Of a DNA stretch of 26,763 nucleotides, positions 16,799 through 24,536 are shown one piece after another. Below the pieces are notes generated by a model. That model saw nothing but the letters and a program-made list of their open reading frames with translations, ran no database searches and had not been told where the DNA came from. Source of the stretch: a virus (Duplodnaviria; Caudoviricetes); IMG/VR virus record IMGVR_UViG_3300037484_000415, positions 1-26,763 of that record; one strand, 5' to 3'. A program made the translations under genes and the position numbers. Numbering within the stretch: position 1 is the stretch's first letter; the number at the start of each line of letters is the position of its first letter.

Positions 16799-18551
16799 GC
16801 GCCCCCCCCTTGGTGGGAGTGGAGGAAGCCAAAGCGGCGCGGGCGTCTCGGATCGTGGCTCGCATGTCGCACGGCAGCCCACTGCTGGGGCAGGTGCCGT
16901 CCTCGTCCGCGCAGTCCCTGCACATTGGGCGCGGGCGACGGTCCAAGATTTCGAGCGCATCGATTGCCACCTTCAAAACGGGACTCGCCTGCACAGGCTG
17001 CACGCTCGCACCCACAGCGGGAGCGCCGCGGTACAGCGGCGTGTCGTGATGATCGGAGCGCATGTACCGCGCCGTTGCCATATCGCCACCACCACCCATC
17101 GGGTAGCGTTCGCGGTCGCTGGCAAAGATCGTCAGCGACGCGCCATTCATCCACGCTGCTGGCTCGGGGCTCGCACCCACAGCAGGCGCGGCCGTGGCGG
17201 TGCCGTCCGATGGGGCTTCGTCAAGGTCAAAGCGCCACCGATATTTGCGCGCATGCGCGGCCCACTCGCTCATCGTGAACTTGGGGTTCTGCGCATCGCT
17301 CGGCTCGGTGGCGGCTGGAGCCTGGGTGGCGTCGGTTGTCTGCGCCGCGACCGCCAGCATGTCTTTCCACATGCTGTAAACGTCTGCCCATTCGGAATCT
17401 TTGCTCGATTGGTACAGCCCCGCGTTCATCATTTCTTCGCTTGGCTCTACGGGCACGGTCTGAAACCCGCTCGGCGGCTCGGTGGCGGCAGGGCTCTCAG
17501 GCACAGCCGCTGCAGGAGCGGCGTCGAGCATGGCGGCATAGGCGCCGGCAAAGTCGGCATCGCTGTCCTCGGACGATGGGGCGCTGTCCCATGCGTCTTG
17601 CATCGCCTTCGTTGCCTTGAACGGCACCAGCTTGCTCGCCCCCTCGGTGACAGCGGTTGCCGCTGGTGGGGTGGCGGCCAACTTGATATCACGTTGAAAA
17701 TCAACAACTTGCGCGCGCTGTCCTTCATTCCACGCTGCACGCTGGTCGTCCGTGGCGTTGCTCGGCAATGGTTCGTTCTTGTAGCCGGCGTAGCGGGCCT
17801 CCGGGTTCCGATTGCCGGGCGTGTCGCAAGCATCGGTGAGGCGTCGATGCGTCTTCTGCAGGGCCGCGTTCGTGTCGCGCAGTTGCACCAGTTCGCGCAC
17901 GGTGCCAGCCGGATCGGCGCGCGCCTCCAGTTCGTGGATGTAGTCGCGCAGGGGCTGCGGCAAGCTGTTGATGAGCGCGGGTGTCACCGGCTCCCCCACA
18001 GAGGGGGCGGGAGAAGCAAGGGCGGCGATGTTCGCGAGTCCCAGAAGGCGGTCGCGCAACCATTCGGCTTGCATACTCGGCTGCATGACGTATTCCGCCA
18101 GCGCGGAGAGTCGCTTGGAGGCTGACGGGTCCGCGCCGCCGATATACAGGATGGCTGTGGCTTCCCGGTAGTTGTTTTCCGACTGCTTGAGAAGATCGCA
18201 GACGCCAGAGTAGGCGTCGTCCAGCGCCCCGCTGCCTTTGCAATGCGGGCAGTTGATCGTCACGTCGTAGGCGTCAGGCCCACCATCACTCATTGCAACG
18301 CTATCCCCCGTGCCATCGCAATGCGGGCAAAGCGCCTGCTCCACTCCCACAGAGGCGCATGCCTTGCTCTGGAGAGCTGCGTGGAGTGCCCGCAGTCGGT
18401 AGCCGATGTTCATCAGCTTGCTGTTGTAGATCGCAGTAGGCGACTCGGGGTCCATGCCGCAGTCGCGCTTCATTCCTTCGATGTCGCGGGCAATCTGGAC
18501 GATCTGGATCAACTCGTCGGCGGGCTCACCGCCCTTGGTTTCGTTCGTCAT
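16779..18551 (-). CDS. Mosaic Ead/Ea22-like early protein (590 aa)
   Basis: CPHCDGTG..CPHCKGSG zinc-finger repeats, INSLPQPLRDYIHELE, VPVEPSEEM-like motifs and EPAAW, joined by Ala/Pro linkers. Confidence 0.65.
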   Translation of the reverse strand: MTNETKGGEPADELIQIVQIARDIEGMKRDCGMDPESPTAIYNSKLMNIGYRLRALHAALQSKACASVGVEQALCPHCDGTGDSVAMSDGGPDAYDVTINCPHCKGSGALDDAYSGVCDLLKQSENNYREATAILYIGGADPSASKRLSALAEYVMQPSMQAEWLRDRLLGLANIAALASPAPSVGEPVTPALINSLPQPLRDYIHELEARADPAGTVRELVQLRDTNAALQKTHRRLTDACDTPGNRNPEARYAGYKNEPLPSNATDDQRAAWNEGQRAQVVDFQRDIKLAATPPAATAVTEGASKLVPFKATKAMQDAWDSAPSSEDSDADFAGAYAAMLDAAPAAAVPESPAATEPPSGFQTVPVEPSEEMMNAGLYQSSKDSEWADVYSMWKDMLAVAAQTTDATQAPAATEPSDAQNPKFTMSEWAAHARKYRWRFDLDEAPSDGTATAAPAVGASPEPAAWMNGASLTIFASDRERYPMGGGGDMATARYMRSDHHDTPLYRGAPAVGASVQPVQASPVLKVAIDALEILDRRPRPMCRDCADEDGTCPSSGLPCDMRATIRDARAALASSTPTKGGAHEQDSV

Positions 18552-18560
18552 GGTGTTCCT

Positions 18561-19199
18561 TCAGGCGGCCTTGAGGCGCAACTTGGTTTCGAATTCGTCC
18601 ACCAGAACGGCGAACTTCATCAGGTCGGCTTCGAGCTTTTCGATGGCGTCTTCGTGTGCGCTGCGATCGATGTGGACGATGTGCAGCCCCTGGCGGCCGC
18701 CTTTGTCGAGGTCGGGCACCCACAGCACCAGATCGACCCACTGCCGGCCAAGCAGCCACAGGTAGCCCAGGCACTGGTCGCGGTACTCTGACCAGTCGCC
18801 GTCGACCAACGCAGTAAAAAGGGTGTCGCTGCTGACGATCGTTTTGACTTCAAGCACGCCGTCGTCGTCGATGAGGCCGTCAGGAGACAGGCCGAACAAC
18901 CCATCGTCTGAAACGTAGAAGCCAACCTCTTCGACCATGTGGCCAGTCGCGGCCTCGTACCTGGCGCGCGCTACCGGCTCCTGCTCTACGCCGACCCTCA
19001 TCGCCGAGTTCTGGTTCTTCTTGGGCGCTTGGCCGCCGCACCGCTCGCGGGCTACGTCGCGCGCATAGTCCATGCACGCCTTCGACGGATTGCCGTTCTT
19101 GAGCCGGTCGCGGCAGTCCTTGAAGCGGGAACCGGTCACCATGCCGCGTCGGGCCGACAGCCACGCCTCGCTGCCCTGTTCAAGCTTGAGCCACGGCAT
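18561..19199 (-). CDS. YqaJ / lambda-exonuclease family protein
   Basis: EQGSEAWL.ARRG.VTGS, AMR.G.EQEP.AR..YE, GLSPDGL..DDG.LEVK, Y..Q. Confidence 0.92.
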   Translation of the reverse strand: MPWLKLEQGSEAWLSARRGMVTGSRFKDCRDRLKNGNPSKACMDYARDVARERCGGQAPKKNQNSAMRVGVEQEPVARARYEAATGHMVEEVGFYVSDDGLFGLSPDGLIDDDGVLEVKTIVSSDTLFTALVDGDWSEYRDQCLGYLWLLGRQWVDLVLWVPDLDKGGRQGLHIVHIDRSAHEDAIEKLEADLMKFAVLVDEFETKLRLKAA

Positions 19200-20097
19200 C
19201 TTTTGCCTCCACGTCGGTTACTTCGCCCTGCGCCTCGGCCCGGATCTTGGACAGGTGCGCCTTGTAGGCGGTCTTCAGCGCGTCGTGCGCGGCCAGATCG
19301 TTGGCAAGCTTCCCGTTGTTCTCGGCCCAGTACGCCTTCAGTTCGTCGACGGTCTTGGTGGTTCGCAGGCCATCGATGACGGGCTGCGGGTCAAGGCTGA
19401 CGGGCTTCGCAACCGCTGCCAGACCTTCGCCGCCATCCGTGTTCAGGTGGTGGATTGCTTCGTCCAGGCGGTCAGACTTCGGCCAGTACTTGTAGGCGCG
19501 CTTCACGACCGTCTTTTTCGCCATCTCGCCGTAGTCAGTGTCCCAAGGCGACTGCTTGCCGGCCTTCACCGATTCGGAGCGGTTCTTGATCGAGTCGATG
19601 TCCTCGCGGCTCATGCATTCGGTCAGGTAGTCGCCGCTGTGCATCTTTACGACCACATAGGCCCCCACAATGTCGCCGCGCTCCTTGGAGAACGGATTGA
19701 AAGAGTGCGTCGGCGGCTTGTCGAAGCCGTTCAGGGTGAAGGCATCGCTGGAGTGCACCAGATCGGCCTGCGCCCACATGATCGAGCCCGACTGGATCGC
19801 CAGGTCGATCAGGCCCATGTAGCTGATGTCGAGGCAGATCTTCCCCTTGCGCGGCACCAGGTACGCCTGCTTCTTGGCAGGGTTCAGGCTGATGCCGATG
19901 GCCGCGATGTTGGTCACGGCATTGATGACCGACTGACGGTCAGCCGCAGCCAGCTTCGCAACGTAGTCGCTGGCGGTCAGCACTTGGATTGCGAAGCCGG
20001 CCTCGCGCTCGAAGTTCAGGGAGCGATCGACAAGGACGTTCTGGAAGCCGACCTCAGCCCCGTACACGTAGTCGCTGATGGTTTGGATTGCATTCAT
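19180..20097 (-). CDS. recT: RecT-family single-strand annealing recombinase
   Basis: GISLNP...AYLVP......ISYMGL.DLA..SG, VGAY, PW.TDY.EMAKKTVVKRA.K.WP. Confidence 0.92.
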   Translation of the reverse strand: MNAIQTISDYVYGAEVGFQNVLVDRSLNFEREAGFAIQVLTASDYVAKLAAADRQSVINAVTNIAAIGISLNPAKKQAYLVPRKGKICLDISYMGLIDLAIQSGSIMWAQADLVHSSDAFTLNGFDKPPTHSFNPFSKERGDIVGAYVVVKMHSGDYLTECMSREDIDSIKNRSESVKAGKQSPWDTDYGEMAKKTVVKRAYKYWPKSDRLDEAIHHLNTDGGEGLAAVAKPVSLDPQPVIDGLRTTKTVDELKAYWAENNGKLANDLAAHDALKTAYKAHLSKIRAEAQGEVTDVEAKDAVAQA

Positions 20098-20234
20098 TTG
20101 AAACTCGCAAGGCAGTAGCCCGCCAGGGCGCAGATGGAGACGAGGAAGATCGACAGCGCAATAGGACCGACTTCGTCGAAGAGAGGGGCTGGACCGGTAT
20201 CGCCTCCGTCCTTAAAGTCCGAATAGAAGTCCAT
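20094..20234 (-). CDS. Small membrane protein
   Basis: MDFYSDFKDGG... with a C-terminal TM; AAGGA RBS; ATGA overlap with recT. Confidence 0.5.
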   Translation of the reverse strand: MDFYSDFKDGGDTGPAPLFDEVGPIALSIFLVSICALAGYCLASFK

Positions 20235-20235
20235 G

Positions 20236-20379
20236 TCAGTCCTTTGCGGCGACTCGCGCCTGTTGAATGGTTTCGTTCTTGTCATCAGCGATGACCTGTG
20301 CGCCGTCATCGGGGCCGACGTAGGCCATCAGCAGTGCAATGGCGATGGCTGCGAGCCAGTAGCGGAGGTGGAGCTTCAT
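20236..20379 (-). CDS. Small membrane/secreted protein (47 aa, MKLHLRYWLAAIAIALLMAYVG...)
   Basis: Read manually. ATGA overlap with the upstream gene; fills the operon gap exactly. Confidence 0.55.
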   Translation of the reverse strand: MKLHLRYWLAAIAIALLMAYVGPDDGAQVIADDKNETIQQARVAAKD

Positions 20380-20660
20380 GCAGCCCTCCGCTCATACCGA
20401 CGCTCGGCGTTGAACTGCTCTGCCTGGCGATCCAGATGGCTGTAGGCAATGGCTTCGATGTGGGCAATGCGCTTCGGGATCAGTTCGAGCACGGACTTGA
20501 TGTCCACGCCGCCGACGAAAGCAGCCTCGAGCATTGGCCCGTCCTGGGTGTCGCTGAAGTGGCAGTCGATGGGCTCAGAGAGGCCCATGTCGTAGGGGTA
20601 GGTCAACCCATACGCCGCAGTAAGCCGGCGCTGGTTCAGTGCTGCCTGAGCGGGGGTCAT
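20376..20660 (-). CDS. Hypothetical phage protein
   Basis: ATGA-coupled at both ends within the leftward operon. Confidence 0.65.
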   Translation of the reverse strand: MTPAQAALNQRRLTAAYGLTYPYDMGLSEPIDCHFSDTQDGPMLEAAFVGGVDIKSVLELIPKRIAHIEAIAYSHLDRQAEQFNAERRYERRAA

Positions 20661-21193
20661 GGCTGATCTCCCTTCATGGCGGCACGCAGTCGCTTCACTT
20701 CACCGGCAAGCAGTACCTGCCGGGCGAATGTGTCGTTCAATCCCTGCACGCCAGGGCCGAACGAATCAACCACCGCGAGTGCATCCTCGACCGATTCGCG
20801 GCCACCTTCAAAGCTCACGCCATAGAACAGACTCGCCAGTTCGGCAACGTCCTTGTCAGAGCAGCCACCAAGACCGGTGTTCTGACTGAACCACTGATTG
20901 ACGGCGAGAATCAAGTGCTCGGGCAACACGCTCGTCTTCCGCTTCTCCGCCGCTTCCACGTCATCAACGAAGTGGTCGAGAGCGGTCTTGGGGGCGGGAC
21001 GTTGGTTCCATTTCGCAACGGCAGTAGCGCCGCTCTGGTCCCAATCTTTCCCCCAGACCTGCACGCCGCAGCCGCATCGAACGATTGGGAATGCGCGATG
21101 GCTCGCGTCGTAAGGCGTGCTCTTCGTGCAGGTCGGGCCGTGCCAAGTCACATCTGTGCCGCCGCAGAACGGGCAAGGAAGAAGATCAGCCAT
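20657..21193 (-). CDS. Second Lar-like zinc-finger protein with C-terminal extension
   Basis: LLPCPFCGG...VRCGCG...AVAKWNQR. Confidence 0.65.
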   Translation of the reverse strand: MADLLPCPFCGGTDVTWHGPTCTKSTPYDASHRAFPIVRCGCGVQVWGKDWDQSGATAVAKWNQRPAPKTALDHFVDDVEAAEKRKTSVLPEHLILAVNQWFSQNTGLGGCSDKDVAELASLFYGVSFEGGRESVEDALAVVDSFGPGVQGLNDTFARQVLLAGEVKRLRAAMKGDQP

Positions 21194-21425
21194 TGCTCAC
21201 CTCCGCATCCTTGGTGGTGACAGGAAGAGCCTTTGCTATGGCTGCGCGGGCGAGATGACTACGGAGCGGCACATTGCGCCACGCAAATCCGGTTCCACCT
21301 TGGCGATGCACAACAACGCTTTGCTCTACGCGATCCGCCACGCCACTTGCGGGCAACAGATGCACGCGAAAGGAACGTGCGCCGATTTCGACACGCACCG
21401 GCCCAGGAGTGAAAGCGGCGCTCAT
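21186..21425 (-). CDS. Hypothetical phage protein
   Basis: MSAAFTPGP N-terminus typical of phage early genes; coupled to neighbours. Confidence 0.6.
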   Translation of the reverse strand: MSAAFTPGPVRVEIGARSFRVHLLPASGVADRVEQSVVVHRQGGTGFAWRNVPLRSHLARAAIAKALPVTTKDAEVSNG

Positions 21426-21544
21426 GCTGCCTTCCCCCCACTCACCACATACCTGATCCCACCACCATCAGCAGGAATGGACTCTCCTGCTTTAAGCACG
21501 TAGCCAAAAGCAAAGTTGCCGTCGAGGTAGACATTGATGGTCAT
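21422..21544 (-). CDS. Small hypothetical protein (40 aa, MTINVYLDGNFAFG...)
   Basis: Read manually. ATGA overlaps at both ends. Confidence 0.5.
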   Translation of the reverse strand: MTINVYLDGNFAFGYVLKAGESIPADGGGIRYVVSGGKAA

Positions 21545-21945
21545 GCTGCACCGCCTTCGATCGGCAAAGCGCGGCCTTGCTGTAGAGCCTGCTCGTGCGA
21601 GCGGTAGGTGGCCGCCGTGGCTCGGTAGTGCTCCTGCAGGCCGCGTAGTGCGCGTGCCAAAGTGCCGTCCTTGTTCTCGTGGAGCCAGCGCGCCCGGGTG
21701 CCGTAGCCGGCTGACTTGGCCTCGTAGGTCACACGGGCGCCCTCGGGCCTGCGGGTCACTTCAAGCGTGGACAGTCGGTTGCTGCCGCTCGACTGGATCC
21801 CCGTTGCCTTGAGCGGCAGGGTGTCTTGCGGGATGTCGCGGTACTTCGGCTGCTTGTGGACAGTCCACGAGTAGCCCGGCATGAGCTTTTGCAACTCGTC
21901 TCGGAATGCGGAGGCCGACGATGGTGTGTGCTTTGCCGAACTCAT
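21541..21945 (-). CDS. Hypothetical phage protein
   Basis: 134-aa ORF, GAGG RBS, coupled at both ends. Confidence 0.7.
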   Translation of the reverse strand: MSSAKHTPSSASAFRDELQKLMPGYSWTVHKQPKYRDIPQDTLPLKATGIQSSGSNRLSTLEVTRRPEGARVTYEAKSAGYGTRARWLHENKDGTLARALRGLQEHYRATAATYRSHEQALQQGRALPIEGGAA

Positions 21946-22157
21946 GCCGACACCTCAAGGAACACGTCAGCGCAGTGCAGCGACTCGCGGCTCAGGTTGC
22001 GGTAGACCTCGCCAGATCGGCGGCAGGCCGGCGCCATGCGTGCATGGATGGCGCGGCTGGCAGCTTCGGAAGGCGAGGGGGCGAAGGTGGCCTGCTCAGC
22101 CGGCGTCAGGAATGGCGCGTTGCGGCGGGGCGAGGTTGCGACGTCGGCGTAGAGCAT
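21942..22157 (-). CDS. Hypothetical phage protein
   Basis: GAGGA RBS; stop overlaps the next ATG. Confidence 0.55.
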   Translation of the reverse strand: MLYADVATSPRRNAPFLTPAEQATFAPSPSEAASRAIHARMAPACRRSGEVYRNLSRESLHCADVFLEVSA

Positions 22158-22166
22158 GGCGAGTCC

Positions 22167-22787
22167 TCAGTTGCTCGAGCGGTTGTCGAACATGGCCAGG
22201 ACGCGCTGGCCTTCGGTGAAGCGCTTGCAGCCTTCGGTTTCGGCCATGCCTTCGACCTTGCAGGCGGCCTGCAGGTAGTCAGCCGCAGCGAAGGTGCGCG
22301 GAGCAAGCGCGTTGATGCGGTCCATGAACTCGAACTGCGCGCCGCTGAGGCAGGTCTGGTCATTGCCGACAGGGATGCCGCCGGAGAGCGAGCCGCCGGT
22401 GCTGGTGCCACCCAGGCCGACGAACAGCCGGCACGACGTGCGGGGTGCTGAGCCTGCGGGGGCATACGCCGGCGCAGAGGCGGCCTCGTAGACCGAACCG
22501 CCTACAGCGATCTGCGTCTGGTTGCCAGAGCCGTTGCCCGATGCACTGGCTGTGCCGCCCGTCCCGCCGAACCCACCAGCGCCGCCCTGGCCACCGGCGC
22601 CACCATTGCCGCCAGCACCGAACGCAACGGCAGCCGCGATGCCGACACCGACACCAGACCCGCCTTCGCCGCCGTTGTGGGTGGTGCCTGCGGGCTGATT
22701 GCTGGCCGGGGCTTGGCCATGGTTGCCGTTGGCGAGAGCCGAGCCACATGCAAGCAGCAGCGCGAGGGAGAGAGCGGTTTTGTTCAA
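22167..22787 (-). CDS. Exported Gly-rich protein
   Basis: TTG start after AGGAG; signal peptide MNKTALSLALLLACGSALA; GGxGG repeats; Cys-containing C-terminal domain. Confidence 0.7.
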   Translation of the reverse strand: MNKTALSLALLLACGSALANGNHGQAPASNQPAGTTHNGGEGGSGVGVGIAAAVAFGAGGNGGAGGQGGAGGFGGTGGTASASGNGSGNQTQIAVGGSVYEAASAPAYAPAGSAPRTSCRLFVGLGGTSTGGSLSGGIPVGNDQTCLSGAQFEFMDRINALAPRTFAAADYLQAACKVEGMAETEGCKRFTEGQRVLAMFDNRSSN

Positions 22788-22840
22788 GTGAGACTCCTAG
22801 GTGTTGTTCCGCGCATGCAAACAGGCGCGCGGCGGGCCTG

Positions 22841-23062
22841 CTAAATGCGTTGGTAGGAGAGGACGAGGGAGCGGATCGGGCCGCGCTTGTAGCGCTCCTT
22901 GCCGCTGCGCTTGATCACGCATTGGCCGTCGTCGGTCTTCTTCACGACCTTCCAGATCTCGCCGTTGCGATGCATCCAGTACGACAGGAGGGGAACCTGG
23001 TCGGACATGTCGGAGCGCAGCGCGTACAGCTGCAGCTCATGCCGAATCAGTTCTGCTTCCAT
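22841..23062 (-). CDS. Small basic hypothetical protein, first gene of the PL operon
   Basis: AGGAG upstream; first ORF after PL. Confidence 0.55.
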   Translation of the reverse strand: MEAELIRHELQLYALRSDMSDQVPLLSYWMHRNGEIWKVVKKTDDGQCVIKRSGKERYKRGPIRSLVLSYQRI

Positions 23063-23101
23063 CTGCCATCTCCTTGCTGCGGTGTGCAGCGCGTGAGATG
23101 G

Positions 23102-23141
23102 ATTATCGGGATTCCGATGGTTGTGTCAACGGTTTTCCGAT
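23102..23141 (-). promoter_or_regulatory. PL promoter with OL operators
   Basis: Minus strand TTGACA (23129-23124)-N16-GATAAT (23107-23102). Operators ATCGGGATTCCGAT 23105-23118 and AACGGTTTTCCGAT 23128-23141. Confidence 0.8.
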
Positions 23142-23190
23142 GTAATCCGATAATAATTTATCGTGTAGGTGGAAAGTTCAGGAGCAATCG

Positions 23191-23553
23191 GTGCGGTCTT
23201 TGGCCCGGCTATCCTTGCTCATGGCCGAGTCAGAGATCCCAAACTTGAAGGTGCTTCGCCAGGAGCGCGGATGGTCGCAGCAAACCCTTGCCGAGCAGCT
23301 GGGAGTCACAGCCCACACGGTCATGCGCTGGGAGGCGGGCACGAACAGCCCGCAGCTGAAAGATGTGCGGAAGATCGCCTCGTTCTTCCATGTCAGCGTG
23401 GCCTTCCTGATTGGTGAGGCTGAGATGCGAGGTGACGAGCGGCTGCGCATTCGCGCAGAGGATCGCGAGCTACTGCGAAACACAGTCGACGTTTCCATCG
23501 AGCGCATCAAGCGCCTCCACGCGGATATGCTTGCTCACCTGGATAAGCTATAG
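23191..23553 (+). CDS. XRE-family HTH transcriptional regulator
   Basis: LKVLRQERGWSQQTLAEQLGVT.HTV.RWE.G...P......IA.FF.VS..FL.G. AGGAG precedes GTG 23191 (alternative ATG at 23221). Confidence 0.88.
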   Translation: MRSLARLSLLMAESEIPNLKVLRQERGWSQQTLAEQLGVTAHTVMRWEAGTNSPQLKDVRKIASFFHVSVAFLIGEAEMRGDERLRIRAEDRELLRNTVDVSIERIKRLHADMLAHLDKL

Positions 23554-23840
23554 CTCTCTTGCTTCTCAAGCGCAGCGTTGATTCCGGCCTGGGTATGCCA
23601 TTCAATGAGATGCATGCAGTTCACATTTCTGCTTACCCCGCACGCCGCCAGGAGTCCCCCCCGGGCTTTCGTGTAGCGGATGATTGCTCGTCGCGCCAAC
23701 GATGCCTCAGGCGTGCGCCCGGCCAGATTGCCACACCCATCAAGCGAATCGGCTGCAGCCGCCATGCAGAGGTGGACCGCTTCTACCGTTGCGACTTCAA
23801 GTTCAACGCCCCCGTCGGCCGACGCGAGCATGGTCGACGA

Positions 23841-23926
23841 GCCGATGACAAATACCGTCAATATCGGCAAGATGCGGCACTTACTTGAGCGATATTTGTC
23901 ACTTGCTGATACACAGGTGTGACAAA
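23841..23926. promoter_or_regulatory. Candidate upstream activator (PilR-like enhancer) sites
   Basis: TGAC-N7-GTCA inside GCCGAT..ATCGGC (23841-23868) and TTTGTCAC-N16-GTGACAAA (23895-23926), upstream of a sigma54 promoter. Confidence 0.5.
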
Positions 23927-23952
23927 AAGCACGAAATAGAGACCGAGCTGCC

Positions 23953-23969
23953 TTGGCACGCATGCTGCA
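23953..23969 (+). promoter_or_regulatory. Sigma54 (-24/-12) promoter of the pilin gene
   Basis: TTGGCACG-CATG-CTGCA: GG at 23955-56 and GC at 23967-68, separated by exactly 10 nt. Confidence 0.8.
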
Positions 23970-24021
23970 GATACAGACTCGTGCCGGGGAGGTCTCCGGT
24001 CCAACCAACTTAGGAGTTTCC

Positions 24022-24495
24022 ATGAACCGTCGTTCCATTGCTCGCAACGTCCAAAAGGGCTTCACCCTCATCGAGTTGATGATCGTGGTGGCCATCATCG
24101 GCATTTTGGCAGCGGTTGCGCTGCCGGCTTATCAGGACTACACCGTCCGCGCCCGGGTCACGGAAGGCATCGGCTTCGCTGCAGCTGCAAAGGGCACGGT
24201 GACCGAGAACATCGCCAACGCAGGTGGCGTGATCGGCACCACGGGCGTGGACTATTGCGCCGGAGTGGCCGTTTTCACAACTGCGAGCACGACCACCGGC
24301 CACATCTCGACGATGAACTGCACGGCAGCCAGCGGCGTGATCCTGGTGACGATGGACGCTACTGCCAAGTCCGTTCCGCTGACCCTCACGCCTACCGTTG
24401 ACTCGGCCAGCGGCGGCACTACGTGGAAGTGCACGACGACCACCGCAAGCGTCAAGTACGTGCCTTCCGAATGCCGCGCGAACGCAACGACCTGA
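24022..24495 (+). CDS. pilA: Type IVa major pilin (157-aa prepilin)
   Basis: AGGAG RBS; leader [13 protein letters not shown]|[36 protein letters not shown] (G-1, F+1, E+5); C-terminal WKC...YVPSEC disulfide loop plus a second Cys pair. Confidence 0.96.
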   Translation: MNRRSIARNVQKGFTLIELMIVVAIIGILAAVALPAYQDYTVRARVTEGIGFAAAAKGTVTENIANAGGVIGTTGVDYCAGVAVFTTASTTTGHISTMNCTAASGVILVTMDATAKSVPLTLTPTVDSASGGTTWKCTTTTASVKYVPSECRANATT

Positions 24496-24511
24496 CCTTT
24501 CGCAATCTGAC

Positions 24512-24536
24512 AAAGGCCGCCTCTGGGCGGCTTTTT
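24512..24536. terminator. Bidirectional terminator between pilin and cI
   Basis: AAAGGCCGCC-TCTG-GGCGGCTTTTT. Confidence 0.85.

Noticed and set aside
23953-24021. N-terminal extension of the pilin in the ORF track (TTG 23953)
   Set aside because: It overlaps the sigma54 promoter. ATG 24022 has an AGGAG RBS and gives a normal short type IVa leader.
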